64,000 nt of DNA from Dehalococcoidia bacterium (GCA_965206315.1 OZ242210.1:1630724-1694723); one strand, 5' to 3'; numbered from the stretch's first letter, positions 18,900 through 29,035 are shown. The notes: generated from the letters alone by a model not told the origin. A program made the numbers and translations.

Positions 18900-19103
18900 A
18901 TGGCCATGCCAGCATCAGACGACCTCATCCGACAGCTGATCGAGGCCCGGTTCGCCGGGAAGCTCTCTCCTGAAGAGGTTGAGACACTGCTGCCCTATGT
19001 CCGGCGCGGACAGGCCACGAGCGAGCGGCTCGCGGCATTCCCACTGGAGGGCCTCGACCCACGGCTCGTGTCGTACATCTCCGACAAGCGGCTGGCGCCA
19101 TGA
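18900..19103 (+). CDS. Small protein, possible GatC/AtzG-like amidase partner
   Basis: 67 aa, helical; overlaps the amidase start (ATGA). Confidence 0.55.
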   Translation: MAMPASDDLIRQLIEARFAGKLSPEEVETLLPYVRRGQATSERLAAFPLEGLDPRLVSYISDKRLAP

Positions 19104-20530
19104 ATGAACTGCTCTTCGAACCCATCTCGTCCATTGGCGAGCAGCTGCGGACGCGAGCCGTCTCGTCCGTCGAGCTGGTCAGCGCCGCACTCGAACAGAT
19201 CGCGGCGACGGACAACCGGCTGAACGCGTTCCCCGTTGTGAAGGCCGAAGAGGCCCTTGCCCATGCGAAAGCCGCTGATGCCGAGCTCGCACAGGGGCAC
19301 TGGCGAGGCCCGCTGCATGGCGTGCCCGTGGGCGTGAAGGACAACATCGCAGTGGCGGGATGGGTTACCACCTGCGGGTCGCCCATCCTCGCGGAGCACG
19401 TCACCGACTTCGACGCCGCCGTGGTCGAGCGCCTGCGGAATGCCGGGGCGGTCGTGCTCGGCAAGAACAACATGCACGAGTGGGCGCTCGCGGGCAGCTG
19501 CATCCAGAGCGTGTTCGGCTCGACGCACAATCCCTGGAACACTGACCACATCACGGGCGGATCGAGCGGCGGGTCGGCGGCTGCGGTGGCTGCAGGGCAG
19601 GCGTTCGTGTCCATCGGCACGGACGCTCGCGCATCCATCCGGAACCCGGCGTCGTACTGCGGCGTCGTGGGGTTGAAGCCCACGCACGGGCTCGTCAGCC
19701 GGTTCGGGGAGCTCCCCCCGACCAGTTCGTGGTACATGACCCTCGGCCCCATCGCGCGGCGCGTTGAAGACGTGGCGCTGACGATGGATGCCATCGCCGG
19801 ATACGACCCCCGCGACCCGTCGTCGGTCGAGGCGCAGCATCGGGAGTACGCCGCGCGGCTCGACGAGGGTGTACGTGGGCTCCGCATCGCTGTGGTGACG
19901 AACTACTTCTACAGCGACACGCTGCCTGAGGTGGCAGCGAGCGTGCGCGCGGCGGCCGACACCCTCGCCAACCTTGGCGCAGAGGTCGTCGAGCTCGAGA
20001 TCGGGATGCTGGAGCACTGGTCCCTGATCGAGTCCTCGTTCGAAGGTGAGAACAAGGGCTGGCTGCTGGACCTGGCGCTCGAGCGCGGCAACGAGTTCCT
20101 CCACGACGACATCCGTTACCGCATCCTCGCGAGCGCCTTCACCAACACCGTCGACACGATGCGTTCCACGCGGATACTCAGCATGCTGCGCCACGAGGTG
20201 CAGGACCTCATGCGCGAGACCGACCTGCTGCTCACGCCCACCAACTCCACGCCTGCCTACCGCGCCGATGCGAGGGACGTTGCGGTCCGCGAGGGCACGG
20301 TGGACGTCGAAGTGCCGGGCGGGCAGAGCAGGATCACGACGCGGCTGACCGTACCGTTCAACGCGCTGGCGCTGCCCGCGATCTCGGTGCCGTGCGGCTT
20401 CTCCTCGGAGGGGTTGCCGATCGGGCTGCAACTGGTGGGACGCGCCTTCGAGGACGACGTGGTGCTCAGGGCGGCGCGTGTGTACGAGGAGGCAGGGCCG
20501 GGCTACCAGCGCCCGGCGGTGGTGCGTTAG
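19100..20530 (+). CDS. Amidase signature family enzyme
   Basis: GPLHGVPVGVKD, GGSSGGS, GTDARASIRNPASYCG, GLPIGLQLVG. Confidence 0.93.
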   Translation: MNELLFEPISSIGEQLRTRAVSSVELVSAALEQIAATDNRLNAFPVVKAEEALAHAKAADAELAQGHWRGPLHGVPVGVKDNIAVAGWVTTCGSPILAEHVTDFDAAVVERLRNAGAVVLGKNNMHEWALAGSCIQSVFGSTHNPWNTDHITGGSSGGSAAAVAAGQAFVSIGTDARASIRNPASYCGVVGLKPTHGLVSRFGELPPTSSWYMTLGPIARRVEDVALTMDAIAGYDPRDPSSVEAQHREYAARLDEGVRGLRIAVVTNYFYSDTLPEVAASVRAAADTLANLGAEVVELEIGMLEHWSLIESSFEGENKGWLLDLALERGNEFLHDDIRYRILASAFTNTVDTMRSTRILSMLRHEVQDLMRETDLLLTPTNSTPAYRADARDVAVREGTVDVEVPGGQSRITTRLTVPFNALALPAISVPCGFSSEGLPIGLQLVGRAFEDDVVLRAARVYEEAGPGYQRPAVVR

Positions 20531-21900
20531 CCCGCCGAGGAGCGCACGCGCTGGATGACCCGCCCGCTTCCCGGCTCGGCGAGCACCTCGCCGTCCCGGA
20601 AGATGATCTCTCCGCGCCGGATCGTCATCGTGGGCCAGCCAGCCAGCGTCATCTCGTCGAAGGCGCTCGTGAAGCGGCTGTGGGTCGAAGCGGCGTTGAC
20701 CGTCTTCTCGAGGTCGAGGTCGACGATGGCGAAGTCTGCGTCGCTCCCGACTGCCATGATGCCCTTCTGCGGGTAGTAGCCGAACGTTCGGGCCGGGTTG
20801 AGCGAGGTCACCTCGGCGATCTTCTCGAGGTTGATACGCCCCTGCTTGAGGCCGAACGTGATGAGCACGGGCAGGATCGTCGCCATGCCGGCGAATCCCG
20901 GACGCTCCTCCCAGAGCGCGCTGCCGCTCTTCTCGATAGGCACATGGTCCGAGCCTACCGTCGTGATGTCGCCGCTCACCAGCCCTTCCCAAAGGCGGTC
21001 CTGGTTCTCGGTGTCGCGGAGCGGTGGGCTCACCTTGCCGATGCCGGCGCGATGGCCGTGGAACACCTCGTGGTCGGCGGTCAGTCCCAGGTAGTGGGGA
21101 CACGTCTCGAGGACGATGCGTGCGCCGCGCTCCTTTGCGGCGATCGCCGCGTCGATACCTGCGCCGACCGTGACGTGCGGGATGTAGAGCGGGCAGCCGA
21201 GCAGCTCAGCCATCCAGATGGCACGGAGGATGTCCTGCTCCTCCACGAAATCCGGCCTCGAGTCGGTATATGCCTGCAGGTCCTGTCTGCCGGTCTGCTT
21301 CACCTCTGCCGTGAACAGCTGGACGAGAGGGTGGTCTTCGGCATGGACCATGCAGAACGAGTAGTCGCCGAGGTGCCGGATGCGCTCCATGCCCGCATAG
21401 AGCACGCCGTCATCCGCCGTGACGATGCCTATCGGGTTCCCGGGCTCGTAGCCGCCCATGTAGAACTTGAACGTCCTGATGTCGAACCGCTCGGAGAAGC
21501 CGAGGATGTCTTTCGCCTGCTCCATCCCGCTCACGATGAAGTGGAACGAGGTATCGACCAGCGACCGCTCCGCAGACAGTTCGATACGCTCCGTAACGTT
21601 CTCGTATCCCATGCTGTCGGAGCGCAGGTACTGCAGGAATGAGGTGACTCCCCCTGCAGCCGCGCTCTGCGTCTCCGTGATGATGTTCTCCATGAAAGGA
21701 GTCCGACCGCCCATGTGGACGTGGGGGTCGAACAGGCCGGGGAACACGTACTGTCCGCTGCAGTCGATCACCTGCTCTGCCGGCGGCAGGTCGGACTTCG
21801 CGGCGATCGCGGTGATGCGCCCGTCCTCGACCGCCACACCGGCGTCGAGCACACCCCACGGGGTGACGAGTCTGCCGTTCTCCAGTACGAGGTCTGCCAT
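20527..21900 (-). CDS. Cyclic amidohydrolase (dihydropyrimidinase/allantoinase/dihydroorotase-like)
   Basis: PGLFDPHVH, FKFYM (carbamylated Lys), VHAED, ETCPHYL, SPPLR, GSDH. Confidence 0.9.
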   Translation of the reverse strand: MADLVLENGRLVTPWGVLDAGVAVEDGRITAIAAKSDLPPAEQVIDCSGQYVFPGLFDPHVHMGGRTPFMENIITETQSAAAGGVTSFLQYLRSDSMGYENVTERIELSAERSLVDTSFHFIVSGMEQAKDILGFSERFDIRTFKFYMGGYEPGNPIGIVTADDGVLYAGMERIRHLGDYSFCMVHAEDHPLVQLFTAEVKQTGRQDLQAYTDSRPDFVEEQDILRAIWMAELLGCPLYIPHVTVGAGIDAAIAAKERGARIVLETCPHYLGLTADHEVFHGHRAGIGKVSPPLRDTENQDRLWEGLVSGDITTVGSDHVPIEKSGSALWEERPGFAGMATILPVLITFGLKQGRINLEKIAEVTSLNPARTFGYYPQKGIMAVGSDADFAIVDLDLEKTVNAASTHSRFTSAFDEMTLAGWPTMTIRRGEIIFRDGEVLAEPGSGRVIQRVRSSAG

Positions 21901-21913
21901 GACCTTCCTCCCG

Positions 21914-23380
21914 TTATCCGCACGTGCGCGCGAACCGCAGCTCCAGCGCGCCGACCCGCTCTTCCAGCTGGCGGAGTAGGGGGTCCGTCTCCTCGAACCG
22001 CGTGAAGCGCTCTGGGAGACTTGCCCATATCCGTGCTGCGAGCTCCTGCGCCTCGCCGAGCACCGCGTCCACGTCGATCGTCTGTATCCGGCGGTCACGG
22101 ACGACGACCTCTCCGCCCACGATAACCGTTTCGACGGACATGCCCAACTCCGAGTAGACGATCTGGTTCATCAACTGCTCTTTGGGCGCGAGGAGAAGCG
22201 AATCGGTGGCGAGCACCGTCAGGTCCGCCTTCCAGCCGCGAGCGATGCGTCCTATGGGCTTGCCCATCACCGCAGCGCCGCCGTGCCAGCACATCCGGAG
22301 CGCGTCCTCCGCTCCGGGCCACTCGTCCGGAGGGTTCGCGATGCGGTGCAGGATGGCTGCGGACTTCACCGTCTCGAACATGTTCTGGCTGTCGTTGCTC
22401 GACGCCCCGTCCGAGCCGAGCGCGACGTTGACACCCGCCCTGACGAGCGCCGGTGCGGGAGCGATGCCGGCCCCGAGCTTCTGGTTGCTGACCGGATTGT
22501 GGACGATGCCTGCGTCGGTCTCGCCGAGCGTCGCGACCTCTTCGTCGCTGAGCCAGATGCCGTGTGCGAACGACGTCCACTCCTGTAGACCGCCGAGGCT
22601 GCGCAGGTAGTCGACGGTCGATCCCGCGAAGCGCTCCTCTGCCACGGGCACCTGCGACTTCGCCGAGAGCAGGTGCGTCTGCAGCCGCACGCCCTTCTGC
22701 CGCGCCAGCGCCAGCGACCCCTCGAAGAGCTCCTGCGAGCATCGAGGGACGGAGGACGGGCCCAGCATCGGCGTCAGCCGCGGGTGCCGGCTGTTCCACC
22801 TGTCGATGAAACGCCCCGCGCGGTCCAGCGAGTCGTTGACGTTCGCCCGGCGGGCGCGGCTCGTGAGGTCTTCGGGCGCGTCGATCAGCCCCAGCGGGAT
22901 GGAGGAGAAGAAATCGAGGTCGGCGTACTGGGTGGCAACGTTCGCCCGCATCCCGATGTCGATGTACGCCTGCATCACGGCGTCCATGCCCTCGTCGTAC
23001 CAGGCGGGCTCCGTACGGTTGCAGTCGAGCAGTGCGGTCGTGCCGGTGCTGAGCATCTCGATAGCGCCCAGCATGGCGGAGACGTACAGGTCGCGCGGTT
23101 CGAGCCGTGCTCCTGCGCCGCCGTACGAGGCGAGCACCATCCACGCATCGAGCGGGAGCTTGTCGCACAGCCCTTTCTCGATGGACTGGTTCGAGTGCGT
23201 GTGGGCGTTGATCAGGCCGGGGATGACGACCTTGCCGGTGACGTCGAGGACGTCGACTTCGGGCGGCGCCGTCACGTCTCCGACCGCTGCGATCTCGTCG
23301 TCTGCCACGAGCAGGTCAGCCTGAACGAGCGGTTCGTCAGGTTGAAGGAGGTATCCGCCCTTGATCAGCAGCGCAGGCAT
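21914..23380 (-). CDS. Metal-dependent amidohydrolase (MTA/SAH deaminase, AtzA/TrzN-like)
   Basis: PGLINAHTH, FAHGIWL, HNPVSNQKLG, LGSDG. Confidence 0.88.
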   Translation of the reverse strand: MPALLIKGGYLLQPDEPLVQADLLVADDEIAAVGDVTAPPEVDVLDVTGKVVIPGLINAHTHSNQSIEKGLCDKLPLDAWMVLASYGGAGARLEPRDLYVSAMLGAIEMLSTGTTALLDCNRTEPAWYDEGMDAVMQAYIDIGMRANVATQYADLDFFSSIPLGLIDAPEDLTSRARRANVNDSLDRAGRFIDRWNSRHPRLTPMLGPSSVPRCSQELFEGSLALARQKGVRLQTHLLSAKSQVPVAEERFAGSTVDYLRSLGGLQEWTSFAHGIWLSDEEVATLGETDAGIVHNPVSNQKLGAGIAPAPALVRAGVNVALGSDGASSNDSQNMFETVKSAAILHRIANPPDEWPGAEDALRMCWHGGAAVMGKPIGRIARGWKADLTVLATDSLLLAPKEQLMNQIVYSELGMSVETVIVGGEVVVRDRRIQTIDVDAVLGEAQELAARIWASLPERFTRFEETDPLLRQLEERVGALELRFARTCG

Positions 23381-23384
23381 GTGC

Positions 23385-25457
23385 TTACCCGAACAACCAG
23401 TCTCTGATGAAGGGCTTGGGCCAGAACACGTTGAGTAGGTTCTCCATGAGCCCCAGTGTAACGGCGGCGATCATCCCCATCGAGACGAGCACCCAGATCC
23501 AGGCCTTACCCCGCAAACCCATCGCGATGGGGAGATAGAACAGCGGGAAGAGGATAGCGGACGCCTGGAAGCCGATGAAACCGATCGCCACGATGAACCC
23601 CAGGAGCCATGCGATGAGCGGGAGAAGGCGCCGCACGGCTGCGATGTCCGTGCCGGTCCGCATGCCGATGTCCATGATTCGAAGCGCGCTCCTGCGCGTG
23701 GTGAGCTCCAGTACCGCCAGGAGAGTCATGAGCGAAAGGAATGCGATGGTAGCCCACATCGGCACGAACGCTGCACTCTGAACGTGTCCAAGCGCTTCAC
23801 GCAGCACGACCACGGTTACCCAGCCGATGAGGATGGCCCAGAGCAGGTATTCCCATTGCCAGCGGAGGTTGAGAGAGAGCGACGGCAACCATGCCAGCAC
23901 CCCTGTTCGCTTGGCTTCCTGCGCGCGTTCGTCGCCTGATCCCCCGGCGATCACCGGTTGTTCGATGACGCTCTCTGCCTGTGGCCGCAGCGCCCAGAGC
24001 AGGAAGCCGATCGCCATGGCGCCCATTATGAGGATGCCGAGTGTGAAGGGTCTCGTGAGGAAGATGAGCACGCCATCGCCCATCTGGAGCGCCGGCCATG
24101 CGTTCTGCTCGACCACCGGGCCCAGGATGAAGGCGATGATGAACGGAGGGCGTGGCCAGCCGTACCACTTCATCGCGAGCCCCAGCGCCCCCATCGCCAG
24201 TACCACGTAGATATCGGCCATGTTGAACCGGGACTGGTACGCCGCCAGCAGCATCAAAGGGAAAAGCGTGGCGGCGATGAAGGGGTAGGGCACCTGCGTG
24301 AGCCTGAGCAGAAGCGGCGTCATCGCAAGGGCAAGGATGACCATGAGCACGTTGCCGATGCCGATTGAGAGCACGACGCCAACCGTGATATCGAGGTGCT
24401 CTCCGAGCAACGGCAACCCCGGCGCGATCCCGTATCCGAGGATCACGGCGAGCAGGATCGCCCATGGAAGGCTGCCGGGGATACCGAACCCCAGCGTAGG
24501 GACCGCCTGCCCGGAGTTCTGAGCGTTCTGGGCGGACTCTGCGAAGAGCAGGCCGTCCAGGCTCCCCTTCCCGAACTGTGAGCGGTCCTTCGTGAACACG
24601 ATGCCGAGCATGTAGGAGAGCCAGTCGATGACACCGGAGCCGACTCCCGGTATAACGCCGAGTCCTACGCCGAAGAGCCCCTGGCGTATGGCCACGCGCC
24701 AGCGCCGAAGGCCGTATCGGATGCCTTCCCATATCTGGCGGTTGGACAGCTTCGTGCCGGGGGCGGATACGGGCTTGCCCGTCATCGTCAGGTCGAGCAC
24801 CTCAGGAAGCGCGAACAGCCCGAGTACGACCGGGATGATGGGCAGCCCTCCGTTGAGGTAGAGGATGTCGAACGTGAACCGTGGCTGGGCTGAGAATGAG
24901 CTCAGCCCTATCGTTGCTATGACCAACCCGAGCATCGCCCCTGCGAGCCCTCGCAGGAATGCACCGCGCGAGAGCACGGAGATCATGAGGATGCCGAACA
25001 GGGCCATCGCTGTGATCTCGGGGAAGGAGAACCGGATGATGAACGGCCTGATGACGGGGAGCAGCAAAGCCAGTGCGATGGCGCCGGCCACGCCCCCTAT
25101 GGTCGACACGGCATAGACGGCCCCCAGTGCTCGGGCCGCTTCTCCTCTTTGGGCGAGTTGGTGTCCCTCCAGGAAGGTGACCTGTGTGGGGGCGGTGACG
25201 TATCCCAGCAGGATGGCAGGGACCGAGTCCATGGTGTTGGCGAGCGAGATGATCGCCGCGACGAGCATGACGCCGTGGACAGGGTCCAGGTTCAGGATGG
25301 CGAACGGGACGAGGATGGAGGCTATCGTCAGGCTGCCCACGCCGGGGATCATCCCCAGCGGCCCGGCGAGCACCAGCGCGATCCCCAGGATCAGCCAGAA
25401 CTGCGGGCTCGTGAGGAAATCCGCTATCAGGGGTACGCTCTTCGCGAGAGCTTCCAT
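23385..25457 (-). CDS. tctA: Tripartite tricarboxylate transporter permease TctA with extra C-terminal TctB-like TM domain
   Basis: GMIPG, GLFALPE, ESAQNA, PTLGFGIPGS, PPFIIAFILGP motifs; about 170 extra aa with 4-5 TMs. Confidence 0.85.
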   Translation of the reverse strand: MEALAKSVPLIADFLTSPQFWLILGIALVLAGPLGMIPGVGSLTIASILVPFAILNLDPVHGVMLVAAIISLANTMDSVPAILLGYVTAPTQVTFLEGHQLAQRGEAARALGAVYAVSTIGGVAGAIALALLLPVIRPFIIRFSFPEITAMALFGILMISVLSRGAFLRGLAGAMLGLVIATIGLSSFSAQPRFTFDILYLNGGLPIIPVVLGLFALPEVLDLTMTGKPVSAPGTKLSNRQIWEGIRYGLRRWRVAIRQGLFGVGLGVIPGVGSGVIDWLSYMLGIVFTKDRSQFGKGSLDGLLFAESAQNAQNSGQAVPTLGFGIPGSLPWAILLAVILGYGIAPGLPLLGEHLDITVGVVLSIGIGNVLMVILALAMTPLLLRLTQVPYPFIAATLFPLMLLAAYQSRFNMADIYVVLAMGALGLAMKWYGWPRPPFIIAFILGPVVEQNAWPALQMGDGVLIFLTRPFTLGILIMGAMAIGFLLWALRPQAESVIEQPVIAGGSGDERAQEAKRTGVLAWLPSLSLNLRWQWEYLLWAILIGWVTVVVLREALGHVQSAAFVPMWATIAFLSLMTLLAVLELTTRRSALRIMDIGMRTGTDIAAVRRLLPLIAWLLGFIVAIGFIGFQASAILFPLFYLPIAMGLRGKAWIWVLVSMGMIAAVTLGLMENLLNVFWPKPFIRDWLFG

Positions 25458-25474
25458 TCCTGCCTCTCAGTGCA

Positions 25475-25509
25475 ACCGTGGCCTGCCTCCGTAGAGAGCA
25501 GGCCACGGT
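25475..25509 (-). other. Stem-loop between tctC and tctA
   Basis: accgtggcctgc/gcaggccacggt perfect 12-bp stem. Confidence 0.6.
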
Positions 25510-25535
25510 CGCGTAACTGTCTGTGAGCCGTGTTC

Positions 25536-26666
25536 CTAGAACTTCGACTCGTACGTCTCGACCCACTCGTCGTAGATGGCGTCGAGGCGGCGCAGGTCGA
25601 AGTTCGCCGCAACCTCTTCCGCGTCCGCTCCGGCGACGATGCTCGGCGGGTTGCCGGTCACTTCCTGGAACTCCGCTCCGAAGGCCGGGTCGGCAAAGGC
25701 TGCGTATGCCGCCTCACGGAGGATCTCCACTATGGAGTCGGGCGTGCTGGGAGCCATCGTCATGCCGTCGAAGAAGATGCCGTTCGATCCGGCGTTCTGC
25801 AGCGTTTGGATGTCGTCGCGCAACTCGCTCGGAACGATGTCTGCGATGTTCAGCAGGTCGTCGGGCAGCGAGGGCAGCTCGGCACTCGGCAGGATCGGGA
25901 TGCTCTCGTTCGATGCTATGGCCCATGGTCGGAACTCGCCGCTCTCGATCCAGCCCGGCCGCAGGCGCTGGAGGAAGTACGGGCTGAACGTCCGGCCGCT
26001 CACGTCCCCACGTTCCATGACCGTCACGCCCACGTTGTAGGACGGCGAGATCCCGAAGATGTGCTCGATGGGCACGCCGAGTTCCTCGATGAGTATCCGG
26101 TCGATGACGAAGCCCGAGCCGGCGGGGGCGATCTGAGGCAGTATGACGGGGGTATCGCCGCCGAACGAGTCCTGCATCCGGTTGTAGGGGATGTCCCGGT
26201 GGACCATGTAGATGTTCGGCCGGTTCAGGTAGAAGACCCGGCGGAAGTCCTCCCACTGGTAGGTGACGCCCGGCACGCTCAGCTGGTTGTCGGGGTACCC
26301 GCCCACGCCGTAGGTGATGGTCAACCCGTCGTCTGATCCCGTGTAGAACTCGTTGAGGAACGCCTCGAACCCGGCGCGGTCGGGCGCAGTCGTGACCTCT
26401 ATCGATGGGTTGCCGGGTATGTACTCGGAGAGCTTGGAGGCGATGAACCGCCCCTCTGTGTCTGCCCCGCTGCCAACGGAGTACCCGATCACCATGCTGA
26501 TGGTCTTACCTTCGTAGTAAGGCGCGGGCTCTGGCGTGGGGGTTGGGGTCGCAGCAGGAACGGGCGTAGCTGTCGGTGTCGGCGTTGGGTCAGCGCCGCA
26601 CGCTGCGACGAGCGCAGCCAGCAACCCGGCCAGTGCTATGAGCATCAATCTCTTTGTCGTTCTCAT
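25536..26666 (-). CDS. tctC: TTT substrate-binding lipoprotein (TctC/Bug family)
   Basis: Lipobox VAAC, PT linker, YYEGKTISMVIGYSVGSGADTEGR...IPGNP; next to tctA. Confidence 0.82.
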   Translation of the reverse strand: MRTTKRLMLIALAGLLAALVAACGADPTPTPTATPVPAATPTPTPEPAPYYEGKTISMVIGYSVGSGADTEGRFIASKLSEYIPGNPSIEVTTAPDRAGFEAFLNEFYTGSDDGLTITYGVGGYPDNQLSVPGVTYQWEDFRRVFYLNRPNIYMVHRDIPYNRMQDSFGGDTPVILPQIAPAGSGFVIDRILIEELGVPIEHIFGISPSYNVGVTVMERGDVSGRTFSPYFLQRLRPGWIESGEFRPWAIASNESIPILPSAELPSLPDDLLNIADIVPSELRDDIQTLQNAGSNGIFFDGMTMAPSTPDSIVEILREAAYAAFADPAFGAEFQEVTGNPPSIVAGADAEEVAANFDLRRLDAIYDEWVETYESKF

Positions 26667-26710
26667 CGGTTCCTCCCTTGCTGTGTGGCTGTGGTCCAGG
26701 GACTTCCTCT

Positions 26711-27793
26711 TCATGCTTTGAGACCGTAGAACACCTGGGCGTTCGTGCGGAGGATGCCCTCCTTGTCCTTATAGGACATGTCCTCGCGTTCGAGCAGTTC
26801 GTTGATCTCCTCGTTGATCGTGTCGTCGTTCACTTCGTGCGGGAAGTCGGAAGAGAACATGAACGGTTCGCTGCCCGCGACGCTCACAGCATAGCCGATA
26901 GCGCCCTCGTCGCCCTCGACGCCCACGAAGAGACGCCGCTCCTTCACCAGCCGGAGGATGTACTCGGCGATGCTCTCTCCCTTGTGCAGTTGCAGGAACG
27001 CTGCGTGCGGGTCGGCGGGGATGAACGCCTTGTGGGACCCGTTGAAGCGCTCCAGCGCCAGCAGGAACCAGGCCAGCCCGCCCTCAAGGAACCCCCAGCG
27101 TACGTTGGGGAACTGGTCGAACACCCCGTTGAAGAGCAGGCTGCCGAAGCTGATGGTGATGCCGAACGGGTGCCCCATCGCGTGTATCGGTGCGAAGAGG
27201 TTCAGGTTGTCCATGCCGAGGCCCATGTGACAGCCGCCGTGGAAGGCGACGGCGATGCCCAGCCGGTTGGCCTCTTCGTACACGGGCCAGTACACCTTGG
27301 CGCCGACGTGGTTCGCCAGCCCCGTCGACGGCAGCATGATTCCGACCATCCCCAGTTCCTCGATGCAGCGACGCATCTCGACTACCGCCGCCGGAGGGTT
27401 CTGCATGGGCACGAGCCCCATGCCCATCAGCCGGGGCGTGTGCCGGGTGAACGTGTCGTAGAGCCAGTCGTTGTAGGCCTGGCATGCCGCCGTGGCGTAG
27501 TCCAGGTCTACCATGCGCCCGCATGCGAGCCCTGAGGTTGGGTAGAGCACCGCCCCCTCGATACCCGCCTGGTCCTGGAAGTTCACCCAGCGGTCCACCG
27601 CTGCGGGCATGAACGAGCCTGGCGGGCGTATGTTCAGCCCCTCATGGAGATGGTCCAGCGCCGGGAATACCTTCCCCACCCGGCGGCTCAGGAAACTCGC
27701 ATACTCCTTGGGGAAGTACGTGGCGATGGCAGGCTCGTCCTCGAGGACGTGTCCGTCACCGTCGATTATCCCTATCTTCGACTGGACTACCAT
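26711..27793 (-). CDS. Amidohydrolase family protein (Amidohydro_2)
   Basis: IIDGDGHVLE, AVLYPT, AFHGG, FSSDFPH. Confidence 0.9.
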   Translation of the reverse strand: MVVQSKIGIIDGDGHVLEDEPAIATYFPKEYASFLSRRVGKVFPALDHLHEGLNIRPPGSFMPAAVDRWVNFQDQAGIEGAVLYPTSGLACGRMVDLDYATAACQAYNDWLYDTFTRHTPRLMGMGLVPMQNPPAAVVEMRRCIEELGMVGIMLPSTGLANHVGAKVYWPVYEEANRLGIAVAFHGGCHMGLGMDNLNLFAPIHAMGHPFGITISFGSLLFNGVFDQFPNVRWGFLEGGLAWFLLALERFNGSHKAFIPADPHAAFLQLHKGESIAEYILRLVKERRLFVGVEGDEGAIGYAVSVAGSEPFMFSSDFPHEVNDDTINEEINELLEREDMSYKDKEGILRTNAQVFYGLKA

Positions 27794-27824
27794 GCCCCTG
27801 CTCCTCTCGCCGCGTTCGGTTCGC

Positions 27825-28931
27825 TTACACCGCCGAAGGTTGTGGTAGGACAACCGCTTTGACTTCCCTGAATTCGGACATCGCCTGCAATGCGTCGCCC
27901 GTGCCCTCCAGGGAGTAGGTGCCGGTGATCATCGACTCGAATGGGAAATGCTTGCTCTGGGTCGACAGGAACTGCACCGCTTGGAGGAAGTGCCTGGCCT
28001 CCGCCTGCAGGACGCTCGATATGGTCAGGTACTTGGTCGTCATCGCAAACATCGGCACTTCGAGAGTGCCGCCTCCCCCGCCGATGCTGATGACCCGGCC
28101 TCCCCTGCGGACGAGGTCCAACGCCTCGGGGATGGCATGCGCGGTGGCAGCCTGGATAACCACGTCCACTCCCACGCCGCGCGTGTGCTCCGCGACCCAC
28201 GCCTTCCGGTCTGCCATCGACGTCTGCTCGATGTCCATGGTGCCCGCAGCGCCCCAACTCCTCGCAACTTCGAGACGAGACTCCGGGGCTCCGAAAACAA
28301 ACACCTTGTCCGCGCCCTTGGCGAGAGCGACCGCAAGGCAGTAGAGCCCTACGGGCCCTGCGCCCTGTACGAGCACCGTCTCGTGGCTCCTGACGGGGCC
28401 GAGCCTCTCGGCAGCGTGCATCGCAGTCCGCAAGGCGCAGGCGGCCGATGCGGCGAGCGGCGCAGGCACGTCGTCCGGGATGGGTATGAAGTCTGCCCCG
28501 GGAGGGTAGTAGTGGTAGTCGGCAGTGCCGCCGAGCAGGTAAGGGTACTGGTCGACCCGCTCCCTGCCGTACCGTGCCCCTTCCAGGCACAGGCTCGGCT
28601 GCATCGCCACGGAGCAGTGGTAGCAGTGTCCGCAGAACGGGTAGTTCGCGATGATGCGCTGCCCCGGCTGGACCGGGCGGTTGAAGATGTCCTTGGGGTT
28701 TCCGGCCACGTCTGCAACCGTGACGGCTGTTTCATGACCGGGGATGTAGGGCAGTTTCTCGGGGCCGACGAAACTGTGCCCGCCCCAGATGTGGACGTCG
28801 GTGCCACAGAGCGTCGCTGCATCGACGCGGCCAAGCACACTGCCGGGTTCCATGTCAGGCAGAGGAACGTCCTGAACCGAAAGGGGCTCGGCGAACTCCG
28901 TCACCACCGCTGCACGGACTGTCTCTGCCAT
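27825..28931 (-). CDS. Zinc-dependent medium-chain dehydrogenase
   Basis: CGTDVH, GHE, CGHCYHC...C, GAGPVG. Confidence 0.92.
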   Translation of the reverse strand: MAETVRAAVVTEFAEPLSVQDVPLPDMEPGSVLGRVDAATLCGTDVHIWGGHSFVGPEKLPYIPGHETAVTVADVAGNPKDIFNRPVQPGQRIIANYPFCGHCYHCSVAMQPSLCLEGARYGRERVDQYPYLLGGTADYHYYPPGADFIPIPDDVPAPLAASAACALRTAMHAAERLGPVRSHETVLVQGAGPVGLYCLAVALAKGADKVFVFGAPESRLEVARSWGAAGTMDIEQTSMADRKAWVAEHTRGVGVDVVIQAATAHAIPEALDLVRRGGRVISIGGGGGTLEVPMFAMTTKYLTISSVLQAEARHFLQAVQFLSTQSKHFPFESMITGTYSLEGTGDALQAMSEFREVKAVVLPQPSAV

Positions 28932-29006
28932 AACACCTCTCCCCCACGCACTGCCGGAGGACTGTGGACCTGACCGTTACACAGCCGATTCGTGCTGACC
29001 GGCGCG

Positions 29007-29035
29007 AGCATACACCCCGGTCATGGACGCCACAA
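29007..29035 (-). promoter_or_regulatory. Putative sigma70 promoter for the leftward ADH-amidohydrolase-TTT operon
   Basis: TTGTGG-N17-TATGCT on the minus strand. Confidence 0.4.
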
